A stretch of DNA of 64,000 nucleotides from Nitrospirota bacterium (GCA_040754455.1 JBFMCP010000002.1:64001-128000); one strand, 5' to 3'. Positions 8,737 to 18,428 are shown, counted from the stretch's first letter. Made by a program: numbers and translations. The notes: generated from the letters alone by a model not told the origin.

Positions 8737-11700
8737 GTGTCTACTAACGACTTCGAAACAGTAAAATCATACCTCAACCTACTCAACGTCATCACCGGCG
8801 AGACCGGGCTCCAGATGAAGGGCGCTCATCTCGAGGAGTGCCCGTTTTGTCATCATCATGACTGTTTCAAGATTTACGATAACACGCAGACGTTCAAGTG
8901 TTTCTCTTGTGAGGGGCAGGGAGACGTTTTTGTATTCCTGCAGAAGTATCACAACATGGATGAGTTTGAATCGCTGAAGTATGCGGCCGGACTCGCTGGC
9001 GTGGATATAAAATCTCCTGAGCGCAAGGAGAAAAAGGAGAAGCCCGAGAGCGATCAGGAGAAGATGTATCGGCTCGCCTGGGAGCACTACCGGGCATCCA
9101 TCGAGGATCCGGCCAGCCCGGTGCGCAAATGGTTCATAGAGACGCGCGGCCACTCGGTCGACACGCTCAATAAGCTGAAGGTGGGAGCCTCCACCGGCAA
9201 GCTGCTGCCCTTCCTGAAGGAGCAGGGATTTGACGAGGAGGATGTCCTTAAATACGGCCTAGCGAAGAACAAAGACCACGAGGGAAAGGCGACTAAGCCC
9301 AGGGACTACTGGAAGCCGGGACTCGCTATCTTTCCGGTCTTCGATCACTCCGGGCGGATACTCTCTTTTACGGCCAAGGACCCTGAGAAGAAGATCCGGG
9401 CCACGCAGCTGGCCGGCAGCAAGAAGAAATGGCTACTCAACTATGCTGCACTCGGTAAAGGGTTTGAGCAGCTTCTCGTTGAAGGTGAGAATGATGAAGC
9501 AAGTCTGATAGATATTGGGTATGAGAACGTCTGCGGGACGGCCGGCGCGCCCGGGCAAGAGCAGATTACTCTCCTGAAGAACTTCCTCGCCGGCAAGACG
9601 GTATTTCTCTGGTATGACCAGGACAAGCAGGTCTTCCGGAAAGATCAGATCAAAGGCTCCGGAGGAGCCCACCATATTCGCTTCCTCTACGAGGGGCTGG
9701 CCGACACCGATGTGAAGGTGAAGATCATCGTGCATCCGCCGCTGCCGTCGGGCGAGGAGGCGAAGGATCCTGATGCCTACATCCAGGGACTCCTCCGGGC
9801 AGGCAAGTCACCGGCAGAGGTCCGCTCGATCGTCAAGGAGCTCAAGAATGAGGCCCTGGAGCCGCTGGAATGGGAAATACACCAGCTATCTCTCATTAAG
9901 GACGTGAAGGACCGTCTGGAGGCCTTCAAGCTGCGGAAACTGCCGCAGGCGATCAATGCGATTACCTCGGGAGCGGATCAGGAGGTATACATCCAGGAAG
10001 CGGCAAAAGCGATCGGCATCAAGATCGATAACGTAGAGGATCTGGTTAATAATGCCGTTGACCTCTATGAAAGCCTTACGGAGAGGTTCCGCGGTGAGCT
10101 GAAGAAGGCGGACCCTTACGACCTGGCGATGTTCATATTCAAGTGGCTGGGAAACGGTTCGGGAGCGAAGTTCTACAAGACCGACGAGGGGAAGGTGTAT
10201 CTCTTCTATCAGCGCACGAGCTACGAGATCGGGAACAATCTGGAGTTCAACACGCTGATGTTCCAACTGACGCATCTGGCGGCCGTGGAGAAGCCGGGAA
10301 GCACGGTGTGGTACTACCTGCAGGTGCTCGCCAACTCTCACGGAGAGCGCGTTGAGATGATGACGTGGCTGCATACGGACCGGGAGCGCGATGTTGTCTA
10401 CCTGCATCTGAATGCCTCTCATAATAAGATCATCCGATTAGCGCCCGGAGAAGAGCCTCAGCTAATCGATAACGGGACGAATGAGCACGGCATCTTGCTC
10501 ACCAAGAGTCCCCAAATGCGCCATTTCGAATACACACCAAACTCAAGCGAAGCCGAAGGCTTCGCGGCGCTCAGGACGCTTCTCATGGATACCACTCCGG
10601 CGGAAACGCCCATGAGGTTCTTTCTCGTGGCCTGGGTGACGTCTATCTTCATGATGAACTTCCAGAGTGACCGTGGCCTGCTGCAGATCATTGCAAACAG
10701 CGCGTGCGGAAAATCGAAAGTGGCCGAGAGGATCTCGCAGCTCATCTACAATGAAAATTATGTCGGCCGGGGAACGAATGCTGCAGAGACACGAGTGGCC
10801 ACAGTGAACCCGATCGTCTTCCAGGATAACCTTGAAAACCGGAACCTGAATCAGGGGACGGTCGACCTGCTCCTTCTCATGGCGAACAATACGCATAAGC
10901 CCAAGGCGAAAGGAGGCTCAGACACCGAGGTCCTCATGCAGCGGCTGTCTTCCCTGGGAGTGATCACTTCAATTGAAGCATTCCCCGGCAGGTACCCGGA
11001 GCTCGTGAACCGGACGTTCCCGCTGCTGCTGGATCCGGCGCGGAAGCAGAACGGCTACATGCACGATGAGGTGATGCGATCGATCAGCAAGCACCGGAAC
11101 CAGATACTCTCTTGTCTGCTCCGTATGATCAGTAAAGAAGTGTTGCCGAATCTCGAGGAGCGGAAGTACTGGAGCAAGCACCTGCAGACGAAGTATCCGG
11201 GGCACGCGAAAGAGAGAAACAACGAGCACCTCTGCACGATGATGGTTATCCTCGAGGCGATGCTGAAGAGGATCCCATACGCAAAGGGCAACGTCCCGAC
11301 GAAGACCCAGGCGATGGAGCTGCTCGATCACTGGATAAGGACCATGGAGGAACAGGAGCACGCGACGGCCATCACCTCGAACACTCTATTGAATCTGATG
11401 GACGGCCTGGCCAGGGAGGTACTCATTGCTATCAAGCATAAGGGGAATACTCTTCTTTATTCAGACAGCACGGAATTCGATCCTCCGTATCCGGACTTCA
11501 TAGGAGGGAAGGGGCGAGGTACTCGAGTAAAGATCCATGAGGATCCTATTTATCTGGAAACCTTCTATTTGACGGATGTTATGCAAGAGGAGGCGGGACC
11601 TGAGGACGAGGATGTAATGGAATCCTTTCAAAGGCTGGAGTTCATCATTACGGCTGCGGATCTCTATACGCTCTTCAACCGTTACTGCAAGAACCAGGGC

Positions 11701-11877
11701 ATCCGTAACCCCTTCGAGAACCCGACGTCCCTTGGCGCCCGGATCTCGAACGACAGGGCGATCCTTGAGAAAGGCGGCTGGACCTATATCCAGCGAAAGA
11801 AGGACGTGGCCCAGTACAAGAAGATCGCCGGTAACTGGCATTGGCGGTTCTCGAAGAAGGTAAAGGTGATAAACTAA
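8737..11877 (+). CDS. Phage DNA primase (CHC2 zinc finger + Toprim) with C-terminal P-loop/helicase-like domain
   Basis: CPFC..HDC...FKCFSC zinc finger; VEGENDE and YDQD Toprim motifs; KDPD; ANSACGKS Walker A-like. Confidence 0.88.
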   Translation: MSTNDFETVKSYLNLLNVITGETGLQMKGAHLEECPFCHHHDCFKIYDNTQTFKCFSCEGQGDVFVFLQKYHNMDEFESLKYAAGLAGVDIKSPERKEKKEKPESDQEKMYRLAWEHYRASIEDPASPVRKWFIETRGHSVDTLNKLKVGASTGKLLPFLKEQGFDEEDVLKYGLAKNKDHEGKATKPRDYWKPGLAIFPVFDHSGRILSFTAKDPEKKIRATQLAGSKKKWLLNYAALGKGFEQLLVEGENDEASLIDIGYENVCGTAGAPGQEQITLLKNFLAGKTVFLWYDQDKQVFRKDQIKGSGGAHHIRFLYEGLADTDVKVKIIVHPPLPSGEEAKDPDAYIQGLLRAGKSPAEVRSIVKELKNEALEPLEWEIHQLSLIKDVKDRLEAFKLRKLPQAINAITSGADQEVYIQEAAKAIGIKIDNVEDLVNNAVDLYESLTERFRGELKKADPYDLAMFIFKWLGNGSGAKFYKTDEGKVYLFYQRTSYEIGNNLEFNTLMFQLTHLAAVEKPGSTVWYYLQVLANSHGERVEMMTWLHTDRERDVVYLHLNASHNKIIRLAPGEEPQLIDNGTNEHGILLTKSPQMRHFEYTPNSSEAEGFAALRTLLMDTTPAETPMRFFLVAWVTSIFMMNFQSDRGLLQIIANSACGKSKVAERISQLIYNENYVGRGTNAAETRVATVNPIVFQDNLENRNLNQGTVDLLLLMANNTHKPKAKGGSDTEVLMQRLSSLGVITSIEAFPGRYPELVNRTFPLLLDPARKQNGYMHDEVMRSISKHRNQILSCLLRMISKEVLPNLEERKYWSKHLQTKYPGHAKERNNEHLCTMMVILEAMLKRIPYAKGNVPTKTQAMELLDHWIRTMEEQEHATAITSNTLLNLMDGLAREVLIAIKHKGNTLLYSDSTEFDPPYPDFIGGKGRGTRVKIHEDPIYLETFYLTDVMQEEAGPEDEDVMESFQRLEFIITAADLYTLFNRYCKNQGIRNPFENPTSLGARISNDRAILEKGGWTYIQRKKDVAQYKKIAGNWHWRFSKKVKVIN

Positions 11878-11978
11878 TGACCTCTCTGACTATTCCTAAT
11901 ACATTCAAAGAGATATACGCAAAAAGCTCTTTTTTTTGCCTGACGAAAAAAATTAGATCGAGCATATTTTTTAATTTA

Positions 11979-12188
11979 AACTTCCCAACTTCCCCTAAAT
12001 CTAGTAACTATATGAATTTTAATTTTAATTTAATAGTGAAGTTTGGGGAAGTTGTTGGGGAAGGGTTGGGGAAGTTGGGGGAAGTTAGGGGGAAGTTGGA
12101 CGACCCTGCTTGCAAACTTCCCCTAATCGTAAGTCTCTCAATCATAAGGGAAACTTTCAGGCTAGGGGAAGTGGGAAGTTGGGGGAGG
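11979..12188. repeat. Iteron-like GGGAAGTT/AACTTCCC repeats, putative replication origin
   Basis: Multiple direct and inverted copies of GGG(G)AAGTT flanking an AT-rich tract, directly after the primase gene. Confidence 0.65.
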
Positions 12189-12602
12189 CAGGTACATGCT
12201 CAGCTTGGCAGCGAGATCCTCGTTTCTTCTCTCCTTTTTCGGTCCTATTGCTATCAAAAAAATAGATTGTTTTTAGTTATTTTTATAGCTCTTGTTATTA
12301 GTTTTTCTTTTAATGTTCTCAAGGATTTAGATACTCTCTGTGCTGCCTGTCTATTGGTTGGTTTTTCCCGTGGGGGCTGGAACAGTCGGAAATCAACGAA
12401 ATCGTCAGAGATCATGACAGTCTCAATTGGTGGACATATAGGAACAATTGTTTACAATGTTGTTGAGGGTATTAAAAATATTTTATATAGTATAAACAAA
12501 TACTTACTCTGTCAGTTCTTTGTCGGTGGTAGCTGCTTTTCTTCTGTGATATTTTTTCTACTGAGTAACTTATTGAATTGTATAGGTTGGCACGAGAATA
12601 AT

Positions 12603-12630
12603 ATTTTACATAATGGCTCTTCTAGGACAT
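12603..12630 (-). other. dif-like tyrosine recombinase site
   Basis: Minus strand ATGTCCTAGAA-GAGCCA-TTATGTAAAAT: 11-6-11 layout; right arm matches E. coli XerD arm TTATGTTAAAT at 10 of 11. Confidence 0.5.
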
Positions 12631-12873
12631 TTAAGTATTATCATCAGATCGTCAATAGTTTGAATTTTCAGTGGTCAGACCTCCCCCCCTGGCAAAATAT
12701 TTCTAAGTTTAGGTGCCAGCCCTCCCCCATTACTCTTACTAAAATGGGGCATATTCCCAAGCGCTTTATAGCGGTCACTATACATTTGTTTAGTAGTGCT
12801 CTCCTTAGTGTCGAAAGTTTGTTTTTAGCTGATGTCTGTGGTTTTCGAAAAAGGGGGGCGCGGGGGGATAGAT

Positions 12874-13206
12874 ATGACTGCTGAGCAACACAAGCAGGTC
12901 GAGGCCCTGAGCAGCTGCAGGCTCGGATATTGGAACCAGTCGGGACGTTTTATCGGGCAGCTCCTGGAGAAGCCCGAGACGGAGCTCACGGATCAGCAGG
13001 AATGGTATCTCAAGTTCCTCTGCTATAAACATCGCCGGCAGCTCAAGAGGTTCGGTATTCAGGTCCCTCGTGAATTACCGATCCGCCCGGACAAAGAAAA
13101 GCAGCCCATGACGGTAAAAGTTACTCATCCCTCCGAGCTGCCGGGACGTAAGCGGAGGCCGGTGCAATATGATGTACGAGAATTCTGGACGGCAAAGGAG
13201 TTTTAA
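12874..13206 (+). CDS. Hypothetical phage protein
   Basis: Return to phage-like GC content after the AT-rich region. Confidence 0.6.
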   Translation: MTAEQHKQVEALSSCRLGYWNQSGRFIGQLLEKPETELTDQQEWYLKFLCYKHRRQLKRFGIQVPRELPIRPDKEKQPMTVKVTHPSELPGRKRRPVQYDVREFWTAKEF

Positions 13207-13471
13207 GATGAGGTGGACATACATCAGCGATCTGAGAATAAACATTATGAGGAATTTAATAATTGGCGGGTTAATGATGTTTGTTATGCTTCATGTTTTT
13301 ATCTGGCAGTTCCCCAATTACTTTGAAGATTATTCCACACTGAGTCTGGAGGATAGAGCATGGTTATCCATTCTTCAGTTCGGAATAATTTTTGAGGTGG
13401 CCTTCTGGGGATCAGGATTCTTAGAGGGAATGATAAAGAGGCATCGAGAGAAAAACAATGCTGGCAAATAA
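13169..13471 (+). CDS. Small membrane protein
   Basis: Two hydrophobic segments; start uncertain. Confidence 0.5.
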   Translation: MMYENSGRQRSFKMRWTYISDLRINIMRNLIIGGLMMFVMLHVFIWQFPNYFEDYSTLSLEDRAWLSILQFGIIFEVAFWGSGFLEGMIKRHREKNNAGK

Positions 13472-13509
13472 GGAAATAGTGCAAACGCATAATAGAGCCG
13501 AGGGGAATA

Positions 13510-14523
13510 ATGTTTGAGAACTATCTAACAGGCTTCGCCGAGCAGGAGCGTGTTCTTCACGGGCTTGATGAAGCCTCAGTGTCGGCCTATCTTAAAAAAT
13601 TAAAAGAGTTCTTAGAATGGCTCGAAGGCAACGGGCATCCGGAGGAAATAGACATCCTCAAACAACGTGAGCTCATTGAGCAATATCTGCAGTGGTGCTT
13701 CCGTAGGGGGAATAAGAATACCACGCGAAACACCAAGCTCACGGCCATCACCAAATTTTATCGTTATCTCGTCTATATCAAGGCCCTTGATACTGATATC
13801 ACCGCCGACATCCCGCGACCGAAGACTCCACGTCGGTTTATGCAGGCGTACACCCGGGAGGACGTGCTCCGCCTTTTCCGGGCGATTCCGCTCCTTGACC
13901 CTAAGAAGGCAGAGAAAGCCCTCCGTGATGTCGTGATCATCATCCTGGGCGCTTTCTGCGGCTTCCGTATCGATGAGGCGCTTACCACCACGTTGAGCTC
14001 GATTGAGGACGATGGGAAATATATAAATATCCACGTTGAGGCAAAGTTCGGCAAGCATCGCTCCGTATATCTCTGGGCAGCGCCTTCTAACTTTGTGCGT
14101 TCTTATGTTGCGGTCCGCCTCGGGCATGGCGCGAAGAAAGATTCTCCGTTGCTGGTGTCATATAACAAGGGCGGAAAGCCCAAGGGTAATGCTCTCACGC
14201 ACGGAGCCATTGACCAGCTGATCAAGGGCCTGGCTGCGAATGCAGCCCTCCGGAAGCCGGAGAATCATTACCACATGTTCAGGGCAGGTCATATCAATGA
14301 CCTGCAGCGGATTAAAGGTTATACGCTCCCGGCGATCGCCAAGCGCGTCGGGCACGAGAATATAGAGACAACGTTTATTTACATCAAAGACCGGGACCGG
14401 ATTCACCATGAATACCCGAGCCTGGCCGCTTTCTGGAAAGATTTTGGTCCCCAATTGTGGGAGAAAGGAGATACTGATGCTAACGGCAGTAGTCATGTTG
14501 GAGGAGGAGAGATTGTCGAATAA
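13510..14523 (+). CDS. XerC/D-like tyrosine recombinase
   Basis: N-terminal SAM-like domain; GFRIDE (R), HMFR (HxxR), VGHENIETTFIY (H, Y). Confidence 0.9.
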   Translation: MFENYLTGFAEQERVLHGLDEASVSAYLKKLKEFLEWLEGNGHPEEIDILKQRELIEQYLQWCFRRGNKNTTRNTKLTAITKFYRYLVYIKALDTDITADIPRPKTPRRFMQAYTREDVLRLFRAIPLLDPKKAEKALRDVVIIILGAFCGFRIDEALTTTLSSIEDDGKYINIHVEAKFGKHRSVYLWAAPSNFVRSYVAVRLGHGAKKDSPLLVSYNKGGKPKGNALTHGAIDQLIKGLAANAALRKPENHYHMFRAGHINDLQRIKGYTLPAIAKRVGHENIETTFIYIKDRDRIHHEYPSLAAFWKDFGPQLWEKGDTDANGSSHVGGGEIVE

Positions 14524-15007
14524 CAAAAGAACGGCCAACTGGGAACGTCTCATACCGCTTTTTCAGTCCTATGTCGATACGTTCGGGGCCGAGCTGGGGG
14601 GAATGGTCATTGATTACATCGCCCGAATGATCGGCGGGTACCGGATCTCTTTCCCGGAAAAGCTGACGCCGATCACCAGGCATTCGGAGAGCTGGGTTAT
14701 CCTCGCCCAGTTTTATGATGTCCTATGCTCGGACCTCAGCAAGATCGAGATGCCGAAGGCACCTGAAGAATTCCGTAACGGCTCCAGGCTGTCGGGGAAC
14801 CGGATAGGCCAGGTCGTTATGAAGGAGATGTTTCGTAGACTCAAGGGCCATCGGATTTCATTTGTCAGGCTTGAAGAGATGCATCGCATCGAGCGTGACG
14901 AGAAGATCCGCAAAGAGCGGAAGGAGCATGGCACCAGCGTCACCGTCCTCGCCGAGCGCAGCGGCCTGGATGAAGTGACGATATGGAGAATATTGAGGGA
15001 GGAATAA
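14477..15007 (+). CDS. Mor/C-family transcription activator
   Basis: C-terminal ERDEKIRKE...LAERSGLDEVTIWRIL; IGGYRISFP; start may be 14513. Confidence 0.75.
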   Translation: MLTAVVMLEEERLSNNKRTANWERLIPLFQSYVDTFGAELGGMVIDYIARMIGGYRISFPEKLTPITRHSESWVILAQFYDVLCSDLSKIEMPKAPEEFRNGSRLSGNRIGQVVMKEMFRRLKGHRISFVRLEEMHRIERDEKIRKERKEHGTSVTVLAERSGLDEVTIWRILREE

Positions 15008-15010
15008 ATA

Positions 15011-15238
15011 GTGAAGGATTTATCTCATTTGAAATCTATTTTCAAATTTCTGCCAGGCGATAAGGTCGAGACGATTGTGGGGGATCTGGGCTTTGTTGAA
15101 ACCTGCGCTATAGAGGCTGAAGGTCGTGTGAAATATTACGTTGTTTGGAAGGGCGGCAACGGTAGATGGTTTTATGAGGATACCTTAACTGCGGGATGGA
15201 ACACGTCGAAGTCCGTGAGCGGTTTTAAAACAAAATAG
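15011..15238 (+). CDS. Hypothetical phage protein
   Basis: GGAGG RBS; FKFLPGDKV...WFYE. Confidence 0.55.
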   Translation: MKDLSHLKSIFKFLPGDKVETIVGDLGFVETCAIEAEGRVKYYVVWKGGNGRWFYEDTLTAGWNTSKSVSGFKTK

Positions 15239-15592
15239 GAGACCGAATATGAAGAACGCGAACTGCATCTTCAATGATCGGGGTGCCTGGTGCAAGAACG
15301 AGAAGGTAAAGCGGCGCTTGTTTGGCCTGGGGGCGAGAGTTTGTGCTGTGTTTAATGGGATGTCAGCACCAGCAAGAATATCCTCGACCAAAATCCCTTC
15401 CCCCAGTCCCGTCGCCGAGGGTGGAGCACCTGGGGATATAAGAGCGTAGAATGTTGGAGTGTTGGGGTATAATAATTCCATGAATTACGGCCTGGTCTAT
15501 AAGTCTAAGAGGAAGCGAAACAGTGGAGTTCTTTGGGCTCTGGCGTTGGCTGTGATAGTTATAGGGATTATTTCTCTCTGGGGTCTATGGAG

Positions 15593-15808
15593 ATGATGGT
15601 TAAATTGTTGCCATGCCCTTTTTGTGGCAACGAAGCGAAGCTGTACGAAGACTCGGAATATGCTAGCGAAGACCTCAGAAAATATTCTGTCTCCTGTACA
15701 GGATGCTCCTGCTCCTTGGGGGCCCTCGGCGATGACCATGACGACAATCCTGAATATTTGTTCTCTTCTAAGGAAGAGGCAATTAAGGCTTGGAATACTC
15801 GTGTATAA
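15593..15808 (+). CDS. Lar-family restriction alleviation protein
   Basis: LLPCPFCG...CTGC...EEAIKAWNTR. Confidence 0.8.
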   Translation: MMVKLLPCPFCGNEAKLYEDSEYASEDLRKYSVSCTGCSCSLGALGDDHDDNPEYLFSSKEEAIKAWNTRV

Positions 15809-15817
15809 ATTTAACCG

Positions 15818-15850
15818 CTGGCAAATCATGAAATAGAGAATTTGTATAAT
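15818..15850 (+). promoter_or_regulatory. Putative late promoter, copy 1
   Basis: CTGGCAAATCATGAAATA + 9 nt + TATAAT. Confidence 0.65.
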
Positions 15851-15915
15851 TTGTGAAGAGGTATTTGCGGAATGTCTTGACGGCGACCGCCAAAATCATC
15901 GACAAGGCTTCCGTC

Positions 15916-16052
15916 TTCGGTCAGTAGCAATTCACTCTTTTCCGGTGGGAACTGCTTAACCCGAAACCTGAAAGCTTGTTAGGATAGTGGTCAACTCTCT
16001 TTGGAGAGACCCTGGCCAACCCCGACTGGGCACTGGTTTCGGGTATTTTTTT
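15916..16052 (+). ncRNA. Structured cis-regulatory RNA leader, copy 1
   Basis: 10-bp stem ACCCGAAACC (15959-68) / GGTTTCGGGT (16035-44) then T run; inner stems; shares sequence blocks with 48191-48340. Confidence 0.6.
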
Positions 16053-16069
16053 GCCCGGAAAGGAGAACA

Positions 16070-16270
16070 ATGCACACAGACTGGGATATCAAGGACTGGA
16101 AGCGCCGTCTCGCCAAGCTGCTCAAAGAACACCCTGACATTGACGACCAGACCACCGGGCGTATCGAAATCAATCTTAACAGGGGCTCTATAACCAAGGC
16201 TTATAAGGTCGAAACCGAATCCCGTAACGGAGGGGCGAAAAGGATTATCACCATGACGGAATTGAAGTAA
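16070..16270 (+). CDS. Small leader-associated protein, copy 1 (66 aa; possibly DUF2292/YezD-like)
   Basis: AAGGAG RBS; DIKDWKRRLAKLL...PD...TGRIEINLNRGSIT; paralog at 48360. Confidence 0.7.
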   Translation: MHTDWDIKDWKRRLAKLLKEHPDIDDQTTGRIEINLNRGSITKAYKVETESRNGGAKRIITMTELK

Positions 16271-16314
16271 TCGCGGTCAGTTAGTAACTGCCGTCCTGGT
16301 GCGGCAGATCTATT

Positions 16315-16350
16315 AAACCCGGCAATGCGCTATGCGTTGGCCGGGTTTTT
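16315..16350 (+). terminator. Hairpin/terminator directly before the modification gene RBS
   Basis: AAACCCGGC...GCCGGGTTTTT. Confidence 0.6.
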
Positions 16351-16362
16351 CATTTGGAGATC

Positions 16363-17661
16363 ATGTCATTCATCGGATCGATTAACGACAGGCTTCGACA
16401 GTTTTTCTGGACCCACGCCGGCAGGCTCGACGGCCGGCGCTGCTATATCGGCTGCTCGGGCAATTTCACCATTGAGCAGATCATATCGCGCCGCTGCAGC
16501 AACGTAGAGATCTACAGCAATGACGTGTCTCTTTATTCAAGCGCCCTCGGCCATATGCTGGCCGGCAAGTCCTTTGACATGGAAATAACGAACCCCGAGC
16601 TCTCCTGGGCGAATGAATACATCCGGAGGGGCGCTGCAGAGGGAGTCGGCACGCTCCTGCTCTTGCTCGAAATGCTGAAGTACGAGAAGCGCAAGAGCGC
16701 CTTTGCCGAGCGCATGTGGCAGTCGTATCTGATCAATTTCGAGGGGCTGCTCGACAAGACCCTGCAGCGGATCCAGAAGGCGTCTGAGCATATTCGTATC
16801 AAAGAATACACCATGGTCGACGTGTTCGATTACTACCCACGCCCTGACGGCGTGAGCATCGGCTTCCTGCCGACCTATGTGGGCGGGTACGAGAAGCTTT
16901 TCGCCCGCCTCGAGGAGTCGGTGCAGTGGCAGAGCCCACGCTACGAGCTGCTTACCACAGAGCGCCGTGAGGCCAGCGTCCAGAAAATGCTTGACGGTGA
17001 TTACATCCTCTATGATGACCGTGAGCGCGATCTCCCCTGCATCGCCCGCGTGGATCTCTTTGGCCGCAAGACGGTCTACATTTACAGCAACCTCGATGTC
17101 CGCCAGGGCGTGTTCCGGAAAAAGATAAACGAGAAGGTCCCGCGCTACGAAATCCTCATGCCGGATGAAGAGATCGCTCATGATGCCGAGGTCAAGCTCC
17201 TGCAGGTGGACCTTCCGACGATCAACCACTACCGCAATATGTTCCTGAGCAAGAAGATACAGCCCGGCTCCGGGGATCCCTGCTTCCTTGCTTTTGCCGG
17301 CGACAAGGTGTTCGGCTTCCTGATCTTTCAGACCTATTCGAAAAAGGGCGGTCCGTCCGATGAGATCTATCTGCTATCAGATTTCGTAGTGCCGAGTACT
17401 CGGTATCGCCGACTTGCGAAACTGCTGCTTCTGGCCGTCAAGTGCAGAGAGGTCAAGCAGCTCCTCGATGAAAAGCAGATACGGGAATTCGGGAGCATCC
17501 TGACTACCGCTTTTACCGATAAACCGGTGAGCATGAAATACCGCGGCGTCTTCGAGCTCGCAAAGCGCGGCGAGGGCTTTCTGAATTACCGGGCCGAATT
17601 CGACAACACATCCCTGAAGGAGGTCATACAGCTATGGATGAAAAAATACGAGAAACAGTAG
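16363..17661 (+). CDS. Putative DNA-modification (anti-restriction) enzyme: divergent adenine MTase-like N-terminus + GNAT-like C-terminus
   Basis: YIGCSGNFT and YSNDVS SAM-binding-like motifs, FLPTY in the DPPY-like position; C-terminal GFLIF...YLLSDF...RRLAKLLL; GGAG RBS. Confidence 0.6.
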   Translation: MSFIGSINDRLRQFFWTHAGRLDGRRCYIGCSGNFTIEQIISRRCSNVEIYSNDVSLYSSALGHMLAGKSFDMEITNPELSWANEYIRRGAAEGVGTLLLLLEMLKYEKRKSAFAERMWQSYLINFEGLLDKTLQRIQKASEHIRIKEYTMVDVFDYYPRPDGVSIGFLPTYVGGYEKLFARLEESVQWQSPRYELLTTERREASVQKMLDGDYILYDDRERDLPCIARVDLFGRKTVYIYSNLDVRQGVFRKKINEKVPRYEILMPDEEIAHDAEVKLLQVDLPTINHYRNMFLSKKIQPGSGDPCFLAFAGDKVFGFLIFQTYSKKGGPSDEIYLLSDFVVPSTRYRRLAKLLLLAVKCREVKQLLDEKQIREFGSILTTAFTDKPVSMKYRGVFELAKRGEGFLNYRAEFDNTSLKEVIQLWMKKYEKQ

Positions 17662-18428
17662 ACCAGCTTAATTCATTCCTGGGCGATATGCCGTACAAGG
17701 TCGATATTGTGGATCCACGTGAGCTAACACTGCTCGAAAAGAACGCCCGATACATGACGCATGAAATGTTCCAAAACCTCGTGACCAACATCAAGAGAGA
17801 TGGTGGGCTGTCCTCCCTGCCACTGGTCTATTATGAAAAGGACGGCCGGAAGATCGTCCTGAGCGGTAATCACCGTGTCCAGGCGGCCGTCGCTGCAGAG
17901 GTCCCGTGGATCCTTATCCTCAGGATCGACAGGGAGCTCTCCCGGCAAGAGCAGGTTGCCATTCAGCTGTCGCATAACGCTATCGAGGGGAAGGATGATC
18001 CTGTTGTCCTGAAGGGCCTGTGGGGGGAGATCCTCGATATCGACCTGAAGCTTTACGCAGGCCTCGACAGCGAAACACTGAAGGAGCTTGAAAAGATGCA
18101 GTTCGCTACCATCTCAGAGGCAGCGCCCGATTTTAAGCAGATGGTCATGATGTTCCTTCCCGAGGAGCTGGAGGAATTAAAGCAGTTGATCGAGGGTATT
18201 GATCACTTCTTTTCCGGTGATGTGAACTACGTTGCCGCACGGGAGCACTATGAGCATGTGTTTAAAATGCTCGTCGAGATAAAGGAAAAGTTCAATATCG
18301 TGAACAACCCGACTGCCTTTATGAAGATGGTCGAAATGGCAAAGCTGTACATGGAAGGGTTGCCGCCGGCAGAGGTCAAAAAAGATGCCAAAGCCGCAGA
18401 CGCTACTTCAACAAAATCAAAAGCTTAG
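17634..18428 (+). CDS. ParB/Srx-like N-terminal domain protein
   Basis: KNARYM...NIKRDG...VLSGNHRVQAA...QLSHN; overlaps the modification gene. Confidence 0.8.
   Translation: MDEKIRETVDQLNSFLGDMPYKVDIVDPRELTLLEKNARYMTHEMFQNLVTNIKRDGGLSSLPLVYYEKDGRKIVLSGNHRVQAAVAAEVPWILILRIDRELSRQEQVAIQLSHNAIEGKDDPVVLKGLWGEILDIDLKLYAGLDSETLKELEKMQFATISEAAPDFKQMVMMFLPEELEELKQLIEGIDHFFSGDVNYVAAREHYEHVFKMLVEIKEKFNIVNNPTAFMKMVEMAKLYMEGLPPAEVKKDAKAADATSTKSKA

Noticed and set aside
11841..12884. 347-aa ORF across the AT-rich region
   Set aside because: It overlaps the primase end, translates the iteron repeats and has atypical composition with no motif. More likely a non-coding origin, although the long open frame is unexplained.
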